A DNA stretch of 64,000 nucleotides, from positions 41,577 to 105,576 of the forward strand of contig NIVC01001529.1 of assembly GCA_002269645.1 (NCBI GenBank), written 5' to 3'. Positions within the stretch are counted from its first letter, which is position 1. Each line of letters begins with the position of its first letter. This stretch comes from Macrostomum lignano (lineage: Eukaryota). Below are positions 44,401 to 57,213 of the stretch, piece by piece. The translations under genes were made by a program, and so were the position numbers. Under the pieces are notes generated by a model. It saw nothing but the letters and a program-made list of their open reading frames with translations, made no database searches and was not told the DNA's origin.

Positions 44401-47400
44401 GTAGTAAGTTAAACTGAAGCATTTTAATGTATTTTTAAAGCCAAGGCTCATTTTATTGGCTCTTACCGCCTCCAACCGCGCCTTTCCACACTACCCCCCT
44501 CCCGCCCCGCCCCAATTTTTATTGCCTTTCTCGGAATTCCAGCCTAAAGCTGCCATGTACATTTCAGTGGACTGGCTAATGTACATTATTACTGAACCAA
44601 TTAGCAAGTTGTTTACGCCTGCAAGCTTTGGGCTTCTAAACTTATCAAAGTCATTTCAGCCGCCTTTATTCTCATAAAATAGCTTATGTATTCTTCTTTG
44701 CTACTGAACTGAAAGTAGAAAGCTGTTTTTCTAATGATAGACGCCTGAGTGGCCCATCCAGTTATTTTAGCATCTGTGCATATATCTTAGCCAGGTAGTG
44801 TATTTTTCGAGCAAAGCCAGCCTTAAAAATCTTTTAAGAACTGAAGCGTTTAAGAAAGTAGCCTTCAATTTGAAGGAGGGGGCATTGCTAGACAATAAAG
44901 CAGATTTGGCTATTTGCCAGCATGTACAGCGCCATCCTTGAGCGGAGCGCAGGCGGCTGGCACAGCCGGAGCCGAGCGCAAGCCCATCTCGGGCGTGTAG
45001 AACTGCAGCCTCCAGTACTCGGGCTGGTAGAACCGGTCCAGGCTGGACCAGCCGCACCACCGGCTGGCGCCGGGAACTGCCGGTGGCGTTGCAGACTGCA
45101 CCGCCGGCTCAAAGCAGTCTTGGCAGCAGCAAGCGGCTGCTTCTGCTGCACCGCAGGGCCGCACATAACCTACGCGACGGCGGTCGTGACCGGTTCTCTG
45201 TCGCGACTTACTCGCAGAGGCGGCAGAGAGCTCGGAATACAGCGGCTGGGGCAGCGACTGCGGCAGTGAAATACAAGTTTTGCCGGCCCCCCATATATAG
45301 GGATTGCATTTCAGTAAGTGCTACTGTATTGGGTACTAGGAAATTCAACTGAAAACATGTAATCTATTTTTAATGAAATTTAACATGAACTTTATGAAAA
45401 GCAAAGTTTTTTATTCGCACAAGCTAGATAAGTATGTGACAAGTGAATGAAAATAATTTTGTACTGATTAGACCTGCAATCCACTCATTCATCCACTGAT
45501 TAGACCTGCAATCCACTCATTCATCCACTGATTAGACCTGCAATCCACTCATTCATCCACTGACTAGATTAGCAATCCACTCATTCAGCTACTGACTAGA
45601 TTAGCAATCCACTCATTCAGCTACTGACTAGATTAGCAATCCACTCATTCAGCTACTGACTAGATTAGCAATCCACTCATTCAGCTACTGACTAGATTAG
45701 CAATCCACTCATTCAGCTACTGACTAGATTAGCAATCCACTCATTCATCCACTGACTAGATTAGCAATCCAGTACCATCAGTAATCCGGGATTCAGAGAC
45801 GGCAGAAGCAACTAAAACCCCCTCATTCACACCTGAGCGGAGTTGCTGCTGGCAGACTCGAACAGCCGCAATAGTGGCGACATCTCTGCATTGGCGGCTG
45901 GCCGCACCAGCAGGCGGTCTTTGCCGACGCCCTGGGGCAGCCGCTCGATGGTCTGGGCGATCTCCGGCTTCAACAGGGCGCAGGTGGCGCACGGCAGCGG
46001 CTGGTCGAAGCAGCTGAAGCTCCAGTCGGCAGACCAGGGCCCGAGCTGCACGAACTGCACATTGGTTGCCGGGCAGAGGTTCGGCTTGCTGAACTGCAGC
46101 CGGCCGCTCCACAGGAGCCGACCGGTGGTGACATCGGCGGGGGCGGCAGCGGCGGATGACGGCACCGGCTGCGGCGCTGAGGAGTCAGGTGCAGCCTGCG
46201 CTCCAGTCTGCTGCGACTGGCATTTCAGTATGTGAATGCTCAGTTAGCTTTAACATACGGCATAGCAACTACTCAGCTGCAGAAATACACAGGATGGGCA
46301 TTGCGACTCCCCTCAGTGCCAGCACTGTGCAAGCTGTGCCTGGCCACTCCGTTACCAATGAGCCACCATTTACCTAGTGAGGCACCATATACCCAATTAA
46401 CTACTCTATAACAAAACAAGATACTATTGACGTAATTAGACTATCTAAATTTTTCATAATTAGCTACCATCTGCTCTACATAAGTAGCTACTATCTACTC
46501 TATAATTAGCTACAATCTACTCTACATAATTAGCAACCATCTGCTCTACATAATTAGCAACCATCTGCTCTACATAATTAGCAACCATCTGCTCTACATA
46601 ATTAGCAACCATCTGCTCTACATAATTAGCAACCATCTGCTCTACATAATTAGCAACCATCTGCTCTACATAATTAGCAACCATCTGCTCTACATAATTA
46701 GCAACCATCTGCTCTACATAATTAGCAACCATCTGCTCTACATAATTAGCAACCATCTGCTCTACATAATTAGCAACCATCTGCTCTACATAATTAGCAA
46801 CCATCTGCTCTACATAATTAGCAACCATCTGCTCTACATAATTAGCAACCATCTGCTCTACATAATTAGCAACCATCTGCTCTACATAATTAGCAACCAT
46901 CTGCTCTACATAATTAGCAACCATCTGCTCTACATAATTAGCAACCATCTGCTCTACATAATTAGCAACCATCTGCTCTACATAATTAGCAACCATCTGC
47001 TCTACATAATTAGCAACCATCTGCTACCATCCATAATTAGCTACCACCCAGACACGCACCAGAGTCGGCAGCAATCAATGCGGCGGCCCTGAACTCACCT
47101 GCACCTGCGCTGGGGCAGCTGCCTGCTGCGGCGGCAGCGGCGGTGACAGCCGGATGCACTCTGGCACCAGCACCAACTCCCACTTGGGATGCGGTGAAAT
47201 GCCCGAATCGCCAAGATCCTCCTTCCCATTGACCAGGCCGAACAGCTCAGTCAGCTGGTCGTTTCGCCTTGGCGACAGAATTGTGAGAGAGGTCAGGGGT
47301 TCGAGCACCGATCTCAACTGGTCCATGTTGTCCTCGAAGCGCGAATGGACAATCAGCAGGAGGTGGCGCTCGGCGGCACTACCGGAGCAGCTGCTGCTGA

Positions 47401-47888
47401 TGAGGCCCGACAGCAGGCGGCCCAGGTGACCAACTGGGACCTGGGAGCGGAGAATCAAAGAAAATGTTTCAATTGGTGTAACTGATGTCCAAAGCACCAA
47501 GGCAACAAGGCAAAGCAAATCACCGAGGTCAAAGAAGGTCACTCACCCGCTCGGACCTGGCCGGATCCGGGTAGCGCATAAATGTGACCTCGGACAGAAG
47601 GCGCAACAGGGCCTCATCGCTGTGCAACGGCTGCTCCTGGGCAGTCAGCTGGCCGAAGTCTCGGCCGTCAGGGTCTCGATTGAATGTCACAGCCCTGTAG
47701 GAGACGGCGGCCTCTGGCCCGGCCAGGCCACGCAGGCAGACCAGGAAGGGCCGGATGTAGGCGGGCAGGGCGTGTCTCATGTACAGCGTGCCCGGGTTGA
47801 ACACGCGGACATCTTCAACGGCCACCAGACAGTCCACTGGTCGCTTGGTCGCGGCTGCTCCATTCCCAGTCCGACTGGGAGTTGGCAT
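38890..47888 (-). CDS. MED25: Divergent Mediator subunit 25-like protein (VWA + ACID/PTOV + Q/P-rich tail), ~763 aa
   Basis: Exons 47888-47547, 47440-47099, ~46210-45833, 45257-45212, 45169-~44928, 43172-42765, 41684-41511, 39957-39810, 39101-38890; phases sum to an open frame. VWA matches [42 protein letters not shown]; ACID matches LLWSGRLQF and [14 protein letters not shown] (cf. WSGVLEW and GLIPYDQSGFVNGIR). The donor at ~44927 is weak. Confidence 0.72.
39140..39800. repeat. 24-bp tandem repeat (gacacccagatactcaggagacct), last Med25 intron
   Basis: Directly visible. Confidence 0.95.
40314..40640 (+). mobile_element. tRNA-derived SINE, copy 3 (5'-truncated), Med25 intron
   Basis: ccagcggcccaggctcgattcccagtgcagtcacatt...gtgcacacaacc matches the other copies. 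Confidence 0.8.
40990..41495. repeat. (TCTG)n microsatellite, Med25 intron
   Basis: Directly visible. Confidence 0.95.
42058..42615. repeat. 32-bp tandem repeat (ggattgctaatctgtgctcctaattgcataat), Med25 intron
   Basis: Directly visible. Confidence 0.95.
43335..43900. repeat. ~21-bp degenerate repeat (ctccatctaccatctcttacc), Med25 intron
   Basis: Directly visible. Confidence 0.9.
44343..44621 (+). repeat. Dispersed ~280-bp repeat, copy 2
   Basis: Homologous to 1086-1371 in the same orientation. Confidence 0.85.
45465..45772. repeat. 32-bp tandem repeat (actgactagattagcaatccactcattcagct), Med25 intron
   Basis: Directly visible. Confidence 0.9.
46455..47045. repeat. 24-bp near-perfect tandem repeat (catctgctctacataattagcaac), Med25 intron 2
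   Basis: Directly visible. Confidence 0.95.
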
Positions 47889-48111
47889 TGTAGGGACTAC
47901 AAATTAGTTGGTTTGTTGCCTGCACAAAAATGCAGTCCAGCAATCGATTCCGCTAGGGGAATCGGATTACTCAGTTGAGCGGCTCAAGCGTTGGCGAACT
48001 GGCCTTGGTGAGGCGGAAACATAAAGTGGAAAAGAATTGTAATCTACTACTCGAATTGGTCAGGCATTCTGCATTTTGAAGCTGCTCTTAAATGCGGATA
48101 GGTTAAGCAGA

Positions 48112-50010
48112 GTGGAGAGGTGTCATAGACAGTGCATGGTGGGGAGGTGCCATAGACAGTGCATGGTGGGGAGGTGCCATAGACAGTGCATGGTGGGGAG
48201 GTGTCATAGACAGTGCATGGTGGGGAGGTGTCATAGACAGTGCATGGTGGGGAGGTGTCATAGACAGTGCATGGTGGGGAGGTGTCATAGACAGTGCATG
48301 GTGGGGAGGTGTCATAGACAGTGCATGGTGGGGAGGTGTCATAGACAGTGCATGGTGGGGAGGTGTCATAGACAGTGCATGGTGGGGAGATGTCATAGAC
48401 AGTGCATGGTGGGGAGATGTCATAGACAGTGCATGGTGGGGAGGTGTCATAGACAGTGCATGGTGGAGAGGTGTCATAGACAGTGCATGGTGGGGAGGTG
48501 TCATAGACAGTGCATGGTGGAGAGGTGTCATAGACAGTGCATGGTGGGGAGGTGTCATAGACAGTGCATGGTGGGGAGATGTCATAGACAGTGCATGGTG
48601 GGGAGGTGTCATAGACAGTGCATGGTGGGGAGGTGTCATAGACAGTGCATGGTGGGGAGGTGTCATAGACAGTGCATGGTGGAGAGGTGTCATAGACAGT
48701 GCATGGTGGGGAGGTGTCATAGACAGTGCATGGTGGGGAGGTGTCATAGACAGTGCATGGTGGGGAGATGTCATAGACAGTGCATGGTGGGGAGGTGTCA
48801 TAGACAGTGCATGGTGGGGAGGTGTCATAGACAGTGCATGGTGGGGAGGTGTCATAGACAGTGCATGGTGGGGAGGTGTCATAGACAGTGCATGGTGGGG
48901 AGGTGTCATAGACAGTGCATGGTGGGGAGATGTCATAGACAGTGCATGGTGGGGAGGTGTCATAGACAGTGCATGGTGGGGAGGTGTCATAGACAGTGCA
49001 TGGTGGGGAGGTGTCATAGACAGTGCATGGTGGGGAGGTGTCATAGACAGTGCATGGTGGGGAGGTGTCATAGACAGTGCATGGTGGGGAGATGTCATAG
49101 ACAGTGCATGGTGGGGAGATGTCATAGACAGTGCATGGTGGGGAGGTGTCATAGACAGTGCATGGTGGAGAGGTGTCATAGACAGTGCATGGTGGGGAGG
49201 TGTCATAGACAGTGCATGGTGGAGAGGTGTCATAGACAGTGCATGGTAGGGAGGTGTCATAGACAGTGCATGGTGGGGAGATGTCATAGACAGTGCATGG
49301 TGGGGAGGTGTCATAGACAGTGCATGGTGGGGAGGTGTCATAGACAGTGCATGGTGGGGAGGTGTCATAGACAGTGCATGGTGGAGAGGTGTCATAGACA
49401 GTGCATGGTGGGGAGGTGTCATAGACAGTGCATGGTGGGGAGGTGTCATAGACAGTGCATGGTGGGGAGATGTCATAGACAGTGCATGGTGGGGAGGTGT
49501 CATAGACAGTGCATGGTGGGGAGGTGTCATAGACAGTGCATGGTGGGGAGGTGTCATAGACAGTGCATGGTGGGGAGATGTCATAGACAGTGCATGGTGG
49601 GGAGATGTCATAGACAGTGCATGGTGGGGAGATGGGTGGGGAGATGCCATAGACAGTGCATAGTGGGGTGATGGGTCGAGAGATGCCATAGACAGTGCAT
49701 GGTGGGGAGATGCCTTAGTGCATGGTGGGTTGATGGTGGGGAGGTGCCATAGGCAGTGCATGGTGAAGTGATGGGTGGGGAGGTGCCATAGACAGTGCAT
49801 GGTGGGGAGATGCCATAGACAGTGCATAGTGGGGTGATGGGTCGAGAGATGCCATAGACAGTGCATGGTGGGGAGATGCCTTAGTGCATGGTGGGGTGAT
49901 GGGTGGGGAGGTGCCATAGACAGTGCATGGTGAAGTGATGGGTGGGGAGGTGCCATAGACAGTGCATGGTGGGGTGATGGGTGGCGAGGTGCCATAGACA
50001 GTACATGGTT
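48112..50010. repeat. 27-bp tandem repeat (catagacagtgcatggtggggaggtgt), ~1.9 kb, between Med25 and GOLGA7
   Basis: Directly visible; the 531-aa and 651-aa ORFs are artefacts. Confidence 0.95.
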
Positions 50011-50466
50011 GGGTAATGGGTTGGGAGATACATTGCGAGATACTAATTTGTTTGGCAAAGATAAAATAAAAAATTAACACAGTCAGAGCGCCAGCTAATT
50101 GCAATACAAGATGACAAGCAAAAATGAAATGCTCCACTCGTGCGAGACCAAGCGCGCCATGTCATAACTGCTGCTGCAATCAATAAGTTTATTTGTAGAC
50201 TGACAAGATATTGCGTAAAATGTATATACCAACTAGCTACTCATAATAGTAGTAAAAGCTGCGTGTGTGTGAGTTTAAATTAAGATTTGACGCAAGTAAA
50301 GCTATACATGATTTAATTAGTACTGTGCTGTAGTAAAATTGCACTGCAATAACTGCCATAAGCACCAGCCTTTAATAACTGTGGCCCCTGCCTTAAGCAA
50401 ACGCATCTCTGCTAGAGTTGAAAAAATAAAACGACAGTAGATAATAGGCCAGACTAGACTAGCTCG

Positions 50467-51502
50467 CTAACTCAGTAGCACAACTTCAATAACGCGAAGG
50501 CCCCGCTCGCTGGGGTCAATCATCATCAGCCTGCGGGGCATGAACACCGTCCGGTTGTACTCCTCGATCAGCTTGCGCACCTCCTTCAGGCTCTGGAAGC
50601 AGAGTTTCAACGCGATCAGATTTGGATGCCAGTTTTTTATAGTTTCAGTTAGGAATTGGAGCTGGGGTTGGCTGGGTCAAATGTACATTCAATCGGATAG
50701 GAATTGGAGCTGGGGTTGGCTGGGTCAAATGTACATTCAATCGGATAGGAATTGGAGCTGGGGTTGGCTGGGTCAAATGTACATTCAATCGGATAGGAAT
50801 TGGAGCTGGGGTTGGCTGGGTCAAATGTACATTCAATCGGATAGGAATTGGAGCTGGGGTTGGCTGGGTCAAATGTACATTCAATCGGATAGGAATTGGA
50901 GCTGGGGTTGGCTGGGTCAAATGTACATTCAATCGGATAGGAATTGGAGCTGGGGTTGGCTGGGTCAAATGTACATTCAATCGGATAGGAATTGGAGCTG
51001 GGGTTGGCTGGGTCAAATGTACATTCAATCGGATAGGAATTGGAGCTGGGGTTGGCTGGGTTAAATGTACATTCAGTCTGAGTGGAAGTTCGGACTAGGC
51101 CTAGCGGCCAGAGGATACACTTAAAGCAGAGAAAGATTTGGCTATATGTACACTAGCACTGCCCTAATGTACACTCAGTCGGACAGGAAAGTCTGGGTAT
51201 GCCAGACCCCTCCGACTGTGCTTACTCACCCTCTCAAAGTGCGTGTCCATGCACATGTATATAAGGTAGCCAGTCAGGCAGGCGAAGCAGCTCTCGGCGT
51301 AGACTCCAACAGAGCCATTCTCGGCGCCGGCAAGGATCTGGTTGATATTAACAATGGCCGCCTCGAATAGGTCCTCGGGCATGCGGTCCTGCAACTGCGG
51401 CGGCATGGCGGTGGAGTAGCGCAGTCCGAGGCCTTGACTGTAGTCCCGCTGTATGTACACCTTCCGGCTGTGGCCTACCTGGGCGGCGGGCCGCGATCCC
51501 AT
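50467..51502 (-). CDS. GOLGA7: Golgin subfamily A member 7 (GCP16/Erf4 family), 132 aa
   Basis: Exons 51502-51230 and 50592-50467. KVYIQRDYSQG...ESCFACLTGYLIYMCMDTHFER|SLKEVRKLIEEYNRTVFMPRRLMMIDPSERGLRVIEV. Confidence 0.92.
50650..51075. repeat. 48-bp tandem repeat, ~8.5 copies, GOLGA7 intron
   Basis: Unit aggaattggagctggggttggctgggtcaaatgtacattcaatcggat. Confidence 0.95.
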
Positions 51503-51624
51503 TATTAATAATAGGTTGCGGCGAAACAGGCGGCTTCTGAGGATGCGAGACTACTACATGCAGTAGACGGGTTTTGAAAAATAAGTATTAATGATTAGTT
51601 GATAAAATACGGAATGCTGATGTA

Positions 51625-52005
51625 AAAGCATGAGATGACATAGAACCCGGATGCAAAAAGCATGAGATGACATAGAACCCGGATGTAGGAGGATGAGATG
51701 ACATAGAACCCGGATGCAAAAAGCATGAGATAACATAAAACCCGGATGTAGGAGCATATCATAGAACCCGGATGTAAAATAATGACATAGAACCCGGATG
51801 TAAAATAATGACATAGAACCCGGATGTAAAAGCATGGCATAGAACCCGGATGCAAGAGCATAAAATGACTTTAGAACCCGTTTGTAAAAGTATCAGATGA
51901 CTCAAAACCCGGATGTAAAAGCATGAAAAAGAAACCGGATGTAAAAAGATGACTTAAAACCCGGATGTCAAATCATGAGATGACTTAGAACCCGGATGTA
52001 AAATT
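51625..52005. repeat. ~30-bp degenerate repeat (gacatagaacccggatgtaaaa) upstream of GOLGA7
   Basis: Directly visible. Confidence 0.85.
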
Positions 52006-53012
52006 ACGATATTGGATAAGTAAAACCTGCTTTGAGTATAGGATGAGTCGCGGGAAGAACTCATATAGTAAGTATAAACTAAGCTTAAAAATCAACAGAA
52101 AAAATACAGAACAAACGATTCAATTCCGATTTGCTGACTTAGAATTTTTTAATTTACTAACGGAGACGCCAAATTTGTATTTTAAGAAATCAAAAGAGTA
52201 AGTTAACAAACAAAATTTCAAGTCAATTTGACACTGGAGTGCAACTGAAGGCAGAAACCGGTTGAATATAGTCACGAGTAATTTCATCGCCAAATTTTTA
52301 ATGACTTGACAATGCAGAAAAATTTGCTTAGAAAATTTTTGAAAATAAACTTTGCTGCCACCACAGAACAGGTGTTAAAAAGTCCTAGTCTACTAGAAGT
52401 AGCGTATTCATTTTTAGCAACCTGGATTGATCTAAAGAATAAATTAAATGAAATTAAAGAAACTTAAATAAAAAGGCAACCACATCTTGAATACTAGTTG
52501 CACATGAGTAGCATGCACGGCGCATGCCCGAACATTGCTTTTTTATTCGTGAGCAAGCCAATCTTGCTTTCAGCAAGCCAGAAAGGACAAATTAAGTCAA
52601 TTGCGTAGAAGCTGTCATGAAATCTAGACTGACATTCCAGAAGATTAGGCTACTAGTCCATTACGAGATAAATCTGAAGTTTGAAATTAAAAAGAAAAAA
52701 TAATCAAATTAACTGTCTTCTGAAAAGACGGCATCCATTCGGATATGGAGTTCTCAGCAAGGACTACTCAAGTGAGTGTTTTTTCGGCGAAAACCAACCT
52801 CATAAACATTTTCTAAGAAACGTGGTTTCCCGTCCTTCTACTTGAGTAGTCCTTGGTTCTCATAACCATCTCTACATAAGATAAGCATCTAGATATTCTT
52901 AACTCTGTGCATAGATAAGGAGGAATTCCTATCTCTGCATTATCTAGACACCTAGACTATCAAACTCTAAACCAACTCTCACGTGAGACTAGCCTCACAA
53001 TCTCCCACGACA

Positions 53013-56000
53013 CTAATCGCTACTCGAAGGCAGCTCCAGGCACACGGCGATGCCCATGCCGCCGCCGATGCAGGCGGCTGCGCAGCCCCGCCTGGCTGAC
53101 AGGCGGCGCATCTGGTGCGCCAGGGTGACCAGGATGCGCGCGCCTGAGCAGCCGATGGGGTGGCCCAGGGCGATCGCGCCGCCGCAGACGTTAAGCCTGG
53201 CCCGGTCCAAATCCAGCTCGCTGCACACGGCCACGGCCTGGGCGGCGAAGGCTTCGTTCAGCTCGAACAGGTCGACGTCCTTCGTGGACCAGCCGGCTCG
53301 GCTCAGCGCCTTTCGAATCGCCGGCACAGGGCCCATGCCCATGTAGTCCGGCTCCACGCCCGCCTGGCGAAGGTGCGGGAGGGGATTTGTCATGTGATTA
53401 TCCCCATGCTCATGCTTGGGCGCAACCTTGGGATTCACTCGGCCGTTTCTATTGGCAACACACACATGTAAGTCGCTATTGGACGGAATAGTAGTCACGT
53501 GACTGCTCTCAGCCAATAGCGACTTACATGTGTGTGTTGCCAATAGAAACGGCCGGGTGATTCCCAAAGTTGCGCATGTATGCCCATGCTAGACTGCTCA
53601 CCTGTCCGTAAGACACCACCCTGGCCATGATCCCATAATTATCCCCATACCAGACTGCTCACCTGTCCGTAAGACACCACCCTGGCAATGATCCCATAAT
53701 TATCCCCATACCAGACTGCTCACCTGTCCGTAAGACACCACCCTGGCCATGATCGGCAGGCCCCGTTTCGCAGCCTCCTCCGCCGAGGCGAGCAGCAGGG
53801 CGGCGGCCCCGTCGTTGATGCCAGACGAGTTGCCAGCGGTGACGGTGGCCTCGGCGTCCTTCTGGAAGCTGGGCTTCAACGACTTCAATCCTTCCACGGT
53901 GGTGCCGTGGCGCGGGAATTCGTCTTGACGGAGCAGCGGCTCCTGCTGATCGGAGCCGACGGCGGAGGCGGCCGCGGGCAGCAGCTCCTCCTTGAACAGG
54001 TCGGAGCGCTGAGCCTTTTCGGCTTTGTTCTGCGATAGACAGGCGAAATTGTCCTGCGCGGGTCAGGGGGGGGGGGTTGGTGTGCAGCTAGTGAGTTATC
54101 AATCAAAACTTGATGGAGATGTTCGTATTGATTGGCATAGACAAATGATAAAAAAACTCTTAACTCAGGATTGGAGGCAGGTGTGGCATAGGATGAAGGA
54201 TGCAGGATGAGGCAGGTGTGGCATAGGATCAAGGATGCGGGATGAGGCAGGTGTGGCATAGGATCAAGGATGCGGGATGAGACAGGTGTGGCATAGGATC
54301 AAGAATGCAGGATGAGACAGGTGGGGGATAGGATCAAGGATGCGGGATGAGACAGGTGTGGCATAGGATCAAGGATGCGGGATGAGACAGGTGGGGGATA
54401 GGATCAAGGATGCGGGATGAGGCAGGTGTGGCATAGGATCAAGGATGCGGGATGAGACAGGTGTGGCATAGGATCAAGGATGCAGGATGAGACAGGTGGG
54501 GGATAGGATCAAGGATCCAGGATGAGACAGGTGGGGGATAGGATCAAGGATCCAGGATGAGACAGGTGGGGGATAGGATCAAGGATCCAGGATGAGACAG
54601 GTGGGGGATAGGATCAAGGATCCAGGATGAGACAGGTGGGGGATAGGATCAAGTATCCAGGATGAGACAGGTGGGGGATAGGATCAAGGATCCAGGATGA
54701 GACAGGTGGGGGATAGGATCAAGGATCCAGGATGAGACAGGTGGGGGATAGGATCAAGGATCCAGGATGAGACAGGTGGGGGATAAGATCAAGGATCCAG
54801 GATGAGACAGGTGGGGGATAGGATCAAGGATCCAGGATGAGACAGGTGGGGATAGGATCAAGTATCCAGGATGAGACAGGTGGGGATAGGATCAAGGATC
54901 CAGGATGAGACAGGTGGGGGATAGGATCAAGGATCCAGGATGAGACAGGTGGGGGATAGGATCAAGGATCCAGGATGAGACAGGTGGGGGATAGGATCAA
55001 GGATCCAGGATGAGACAGGTGGGGATAGGATCAAGGATCCAGGATGAGACAGGTGGGGCATAGGATCAAGGATCCAGGATGAGACAGGTGGGGATAGGAT
55101 CAAGTATCCAGGATGAGACAGGTGGGGGATAGGATCAAGGATCCAGGATGAGACAGGTGGGGGATAGGATCAAGTATCCAGGATGAGACAGGTGGGGGAT
55201 AGGATCAAGGATCCAGGATGAGACAGGTGGGGCATAGGATCAAGGATCCAGGATGAGACAGGTGGGGGATAGGATCAAGGATCCAGGATGAGACAGGTGG
55301 GGGATAGGATCAAGGATCCAGGATGAGACAGGTGGGGATAGGATCAAGTATCCAGGATGAGACAGGTGGGGGATAGGATCAAGGATCCAGGATGAGACAG
55401 GTGGGGGATAGGATCAAGGATCCAGGATGAGACAGGTGGGGGATAGGATCAAGGATCCAGGATGAGACAGGTGGGGCATAGGATCAAGGATCCAGGATGA
55501 GACAGGTGGGGGATAGGATCAAGGATCCAGGATGAGACAGGTGGGGGATAGGATCAAGGATCCAGGATGAGACAGGTGGGGATAGGATCAAGGATCCAGG
55601 ATGAGACAGGTGGGGGATAGGATCAAGGATCCAGGATGAGACAGGTGGGGATAGGATCAAGGATCCAGGATGAGACAGGTGGGGCATAGGATCAAGGATC
55701 CAGGATGAGACAGGTGGGGGATAGGATCAAGGATCCAGGATGAGACAGGTGGGGGATAGGATCAAGGATCCAGGATGAGACAGGTGGGGGATAGGATCAA
55801 GTATCCAGGATGAGACAGGTGGGGGATAGGATCAAGGATCCAGGATGAGACAGGTGGGGCATAGGGTCAAGGATCCAGGATGAGACAGGTGGGGGATAGG
55901 ATCAAGGATCCAGGATGAGACAGGTGGGGCATAGGATCAAGGATCCAGGATGAGACAGGTGGGGCATAGGATCAAGTATCCAGGATGAGACAGGTGGGGG

Positions 56001-57213
56001 ATAGGATCAAGGATCCAGGATGAGACAGGTGGGGCATAGGATCAAGGATCCAGGATGAGACAGGTGGGGGATAGGATCAGTCATTCAGGACAGGATACCA
56101 CCCGAGCTAGGAGTGGCATGGGATCAAGGATGTGGCATTGGGATCAGTACATAATTAGCAAAAGTCTACCTGGTCCTGCCGGCTCACTCCGTATCGCCGG
56201 GCCACATTCTCGGCCGTGACGCCCATGTGCTTGGAGCTGAATGCGTCAGTCAAGCCGTCGCACATAAGCGAATCCTGAGCAGTCCGATCGCCGAATTTCA
56301 CGGGCCTACGCATGTGCAACAGGTGAGGCGCCAAGCTCATGGACTCCTGGCCGCCGGCTACAACCAGATCGGAGGAGCCGCACTGGATGGCCTGGCAGGC
56401 GGTCACAACGGCGCGCAGGCTCGAGCCGCACAGCATGTTGACCAGGTGGGCTGGCACCTGTAAGCGGGACAGTTTTTTGCTGACCAACTCAGAACTGGAC
56501 GGAATTCAAGTCCAGATGCTAATTATCGAGCTCCATGGCATAATGGTTATATGGGACGATGCAGAATCGGCAGGTGTGCGGCACCAGCTGCAGAGGGGGC
56601 AGGTGTGCGGCACCAGCTGCAGAGGGGGCAGGTGTGCGGCACCAGCTGCAGAGGGGGCAGGTGTGCGGCACCAGCTGCAGAGGGGGCAGGTGTGCGGCAC
56701 CAGCTGCAGAGGGGCGGAGCATCAGCAGACTAGACTAGAGATCTCTGTAAGCGAAAAAAACCTACATCTACATGTAGTTGCATTTCATATACCCCATCTT
56801 AGAGGTCCTTGACCTTGGTAGCGCGCCTCTATTACTGCTGCAAAAATCATGCCAAGTGTTGTTTCCTCAAGTTCAATTCCTCGATGCAGCAAGCCATCGT
56901 GGGTTAAAAACTGAAAAAGTGAGTCTGTTACCTCAACAGGTATTCCAGCCAGCTTGGCAGCCTGCCTCGCCGGGTTCTGCCCGGCCCCAGAGGTGAGCAC
57001 CTGGCCCAGCACCACCTCGTCAACGTCGGCCGGCGACAGGTCGTTGGCCCGGCGCAGGACCTCTCGGATGCACTGGGCGCCAAGGACGTGGGCAGGCACT
57101 TCGGCCAGCGCGCCCATAAACTTTCCAACTGGAGTTCGAACCGCGCTAACGAGCACCACCTGGCGGACGGCGTCGGGCGCGCCGCCGGTTTTGCAGGTGA
57201 CGGCTTCCGACAT
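53013..57213 (-). CDS. ACAT2: Acetyl-CoA acetyltransferase (thiolase II, cytosolic ACAT2-like), 416 aa
   Basis: Exons 57213-56932, 56457-56170, 54053-53724, 53363-53013, all phase 0. Catalytic motifs [30 protein letters not shown]; no mitochondrial leader evident. Confidence 0.9.
53420..53575. mobile_element. 156-bp palindromic MITE-like element in thiolase intron 3
   Basis: Arms 53420-53482 and 53513-53575 are reverse complements (60/63); central agtcacgtgact palindrome. Confidence 0.7.
53590..53754 (-). repeat. 61-bp triplication that includes the end of thiolase exon 3 and its donor site
   Basis: agactgctcacctgtccgtaagacaccaccctggc(c/a)atgatc occurs three times at 61-bp spacing. Confidence 0.92.
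54170..56090. repeat. 34-35-bp tandem repeat (ggatgagacaggtgggggataggatcaaggatcca), thiolase intron 2
   Basis: Directly visible. Confidence 0.95.
56570..56712. repeat. 29-bp tandem repeat, ~5 copies, thiolase intron 1
   Basis: Unit caggtgtgcggcaccagctgcagaggggg. Confidence 0.9.

Noticed and set aside
48076-50058. 531-aa and 651-aa ORFs (RCHRQCMVG and HALSMTPPH repeats)
   Set aside because: A 27-bp unit without stops gives open frames on both strands; there is no coding bias and no splice support.
50650-51075. Regular 48-bp array and other arrays as possible CRISPR-like loci
   Set aside because: Units are head-to-tail identical with no unique spacers; the context is eukaryotic and there are no cas genes.
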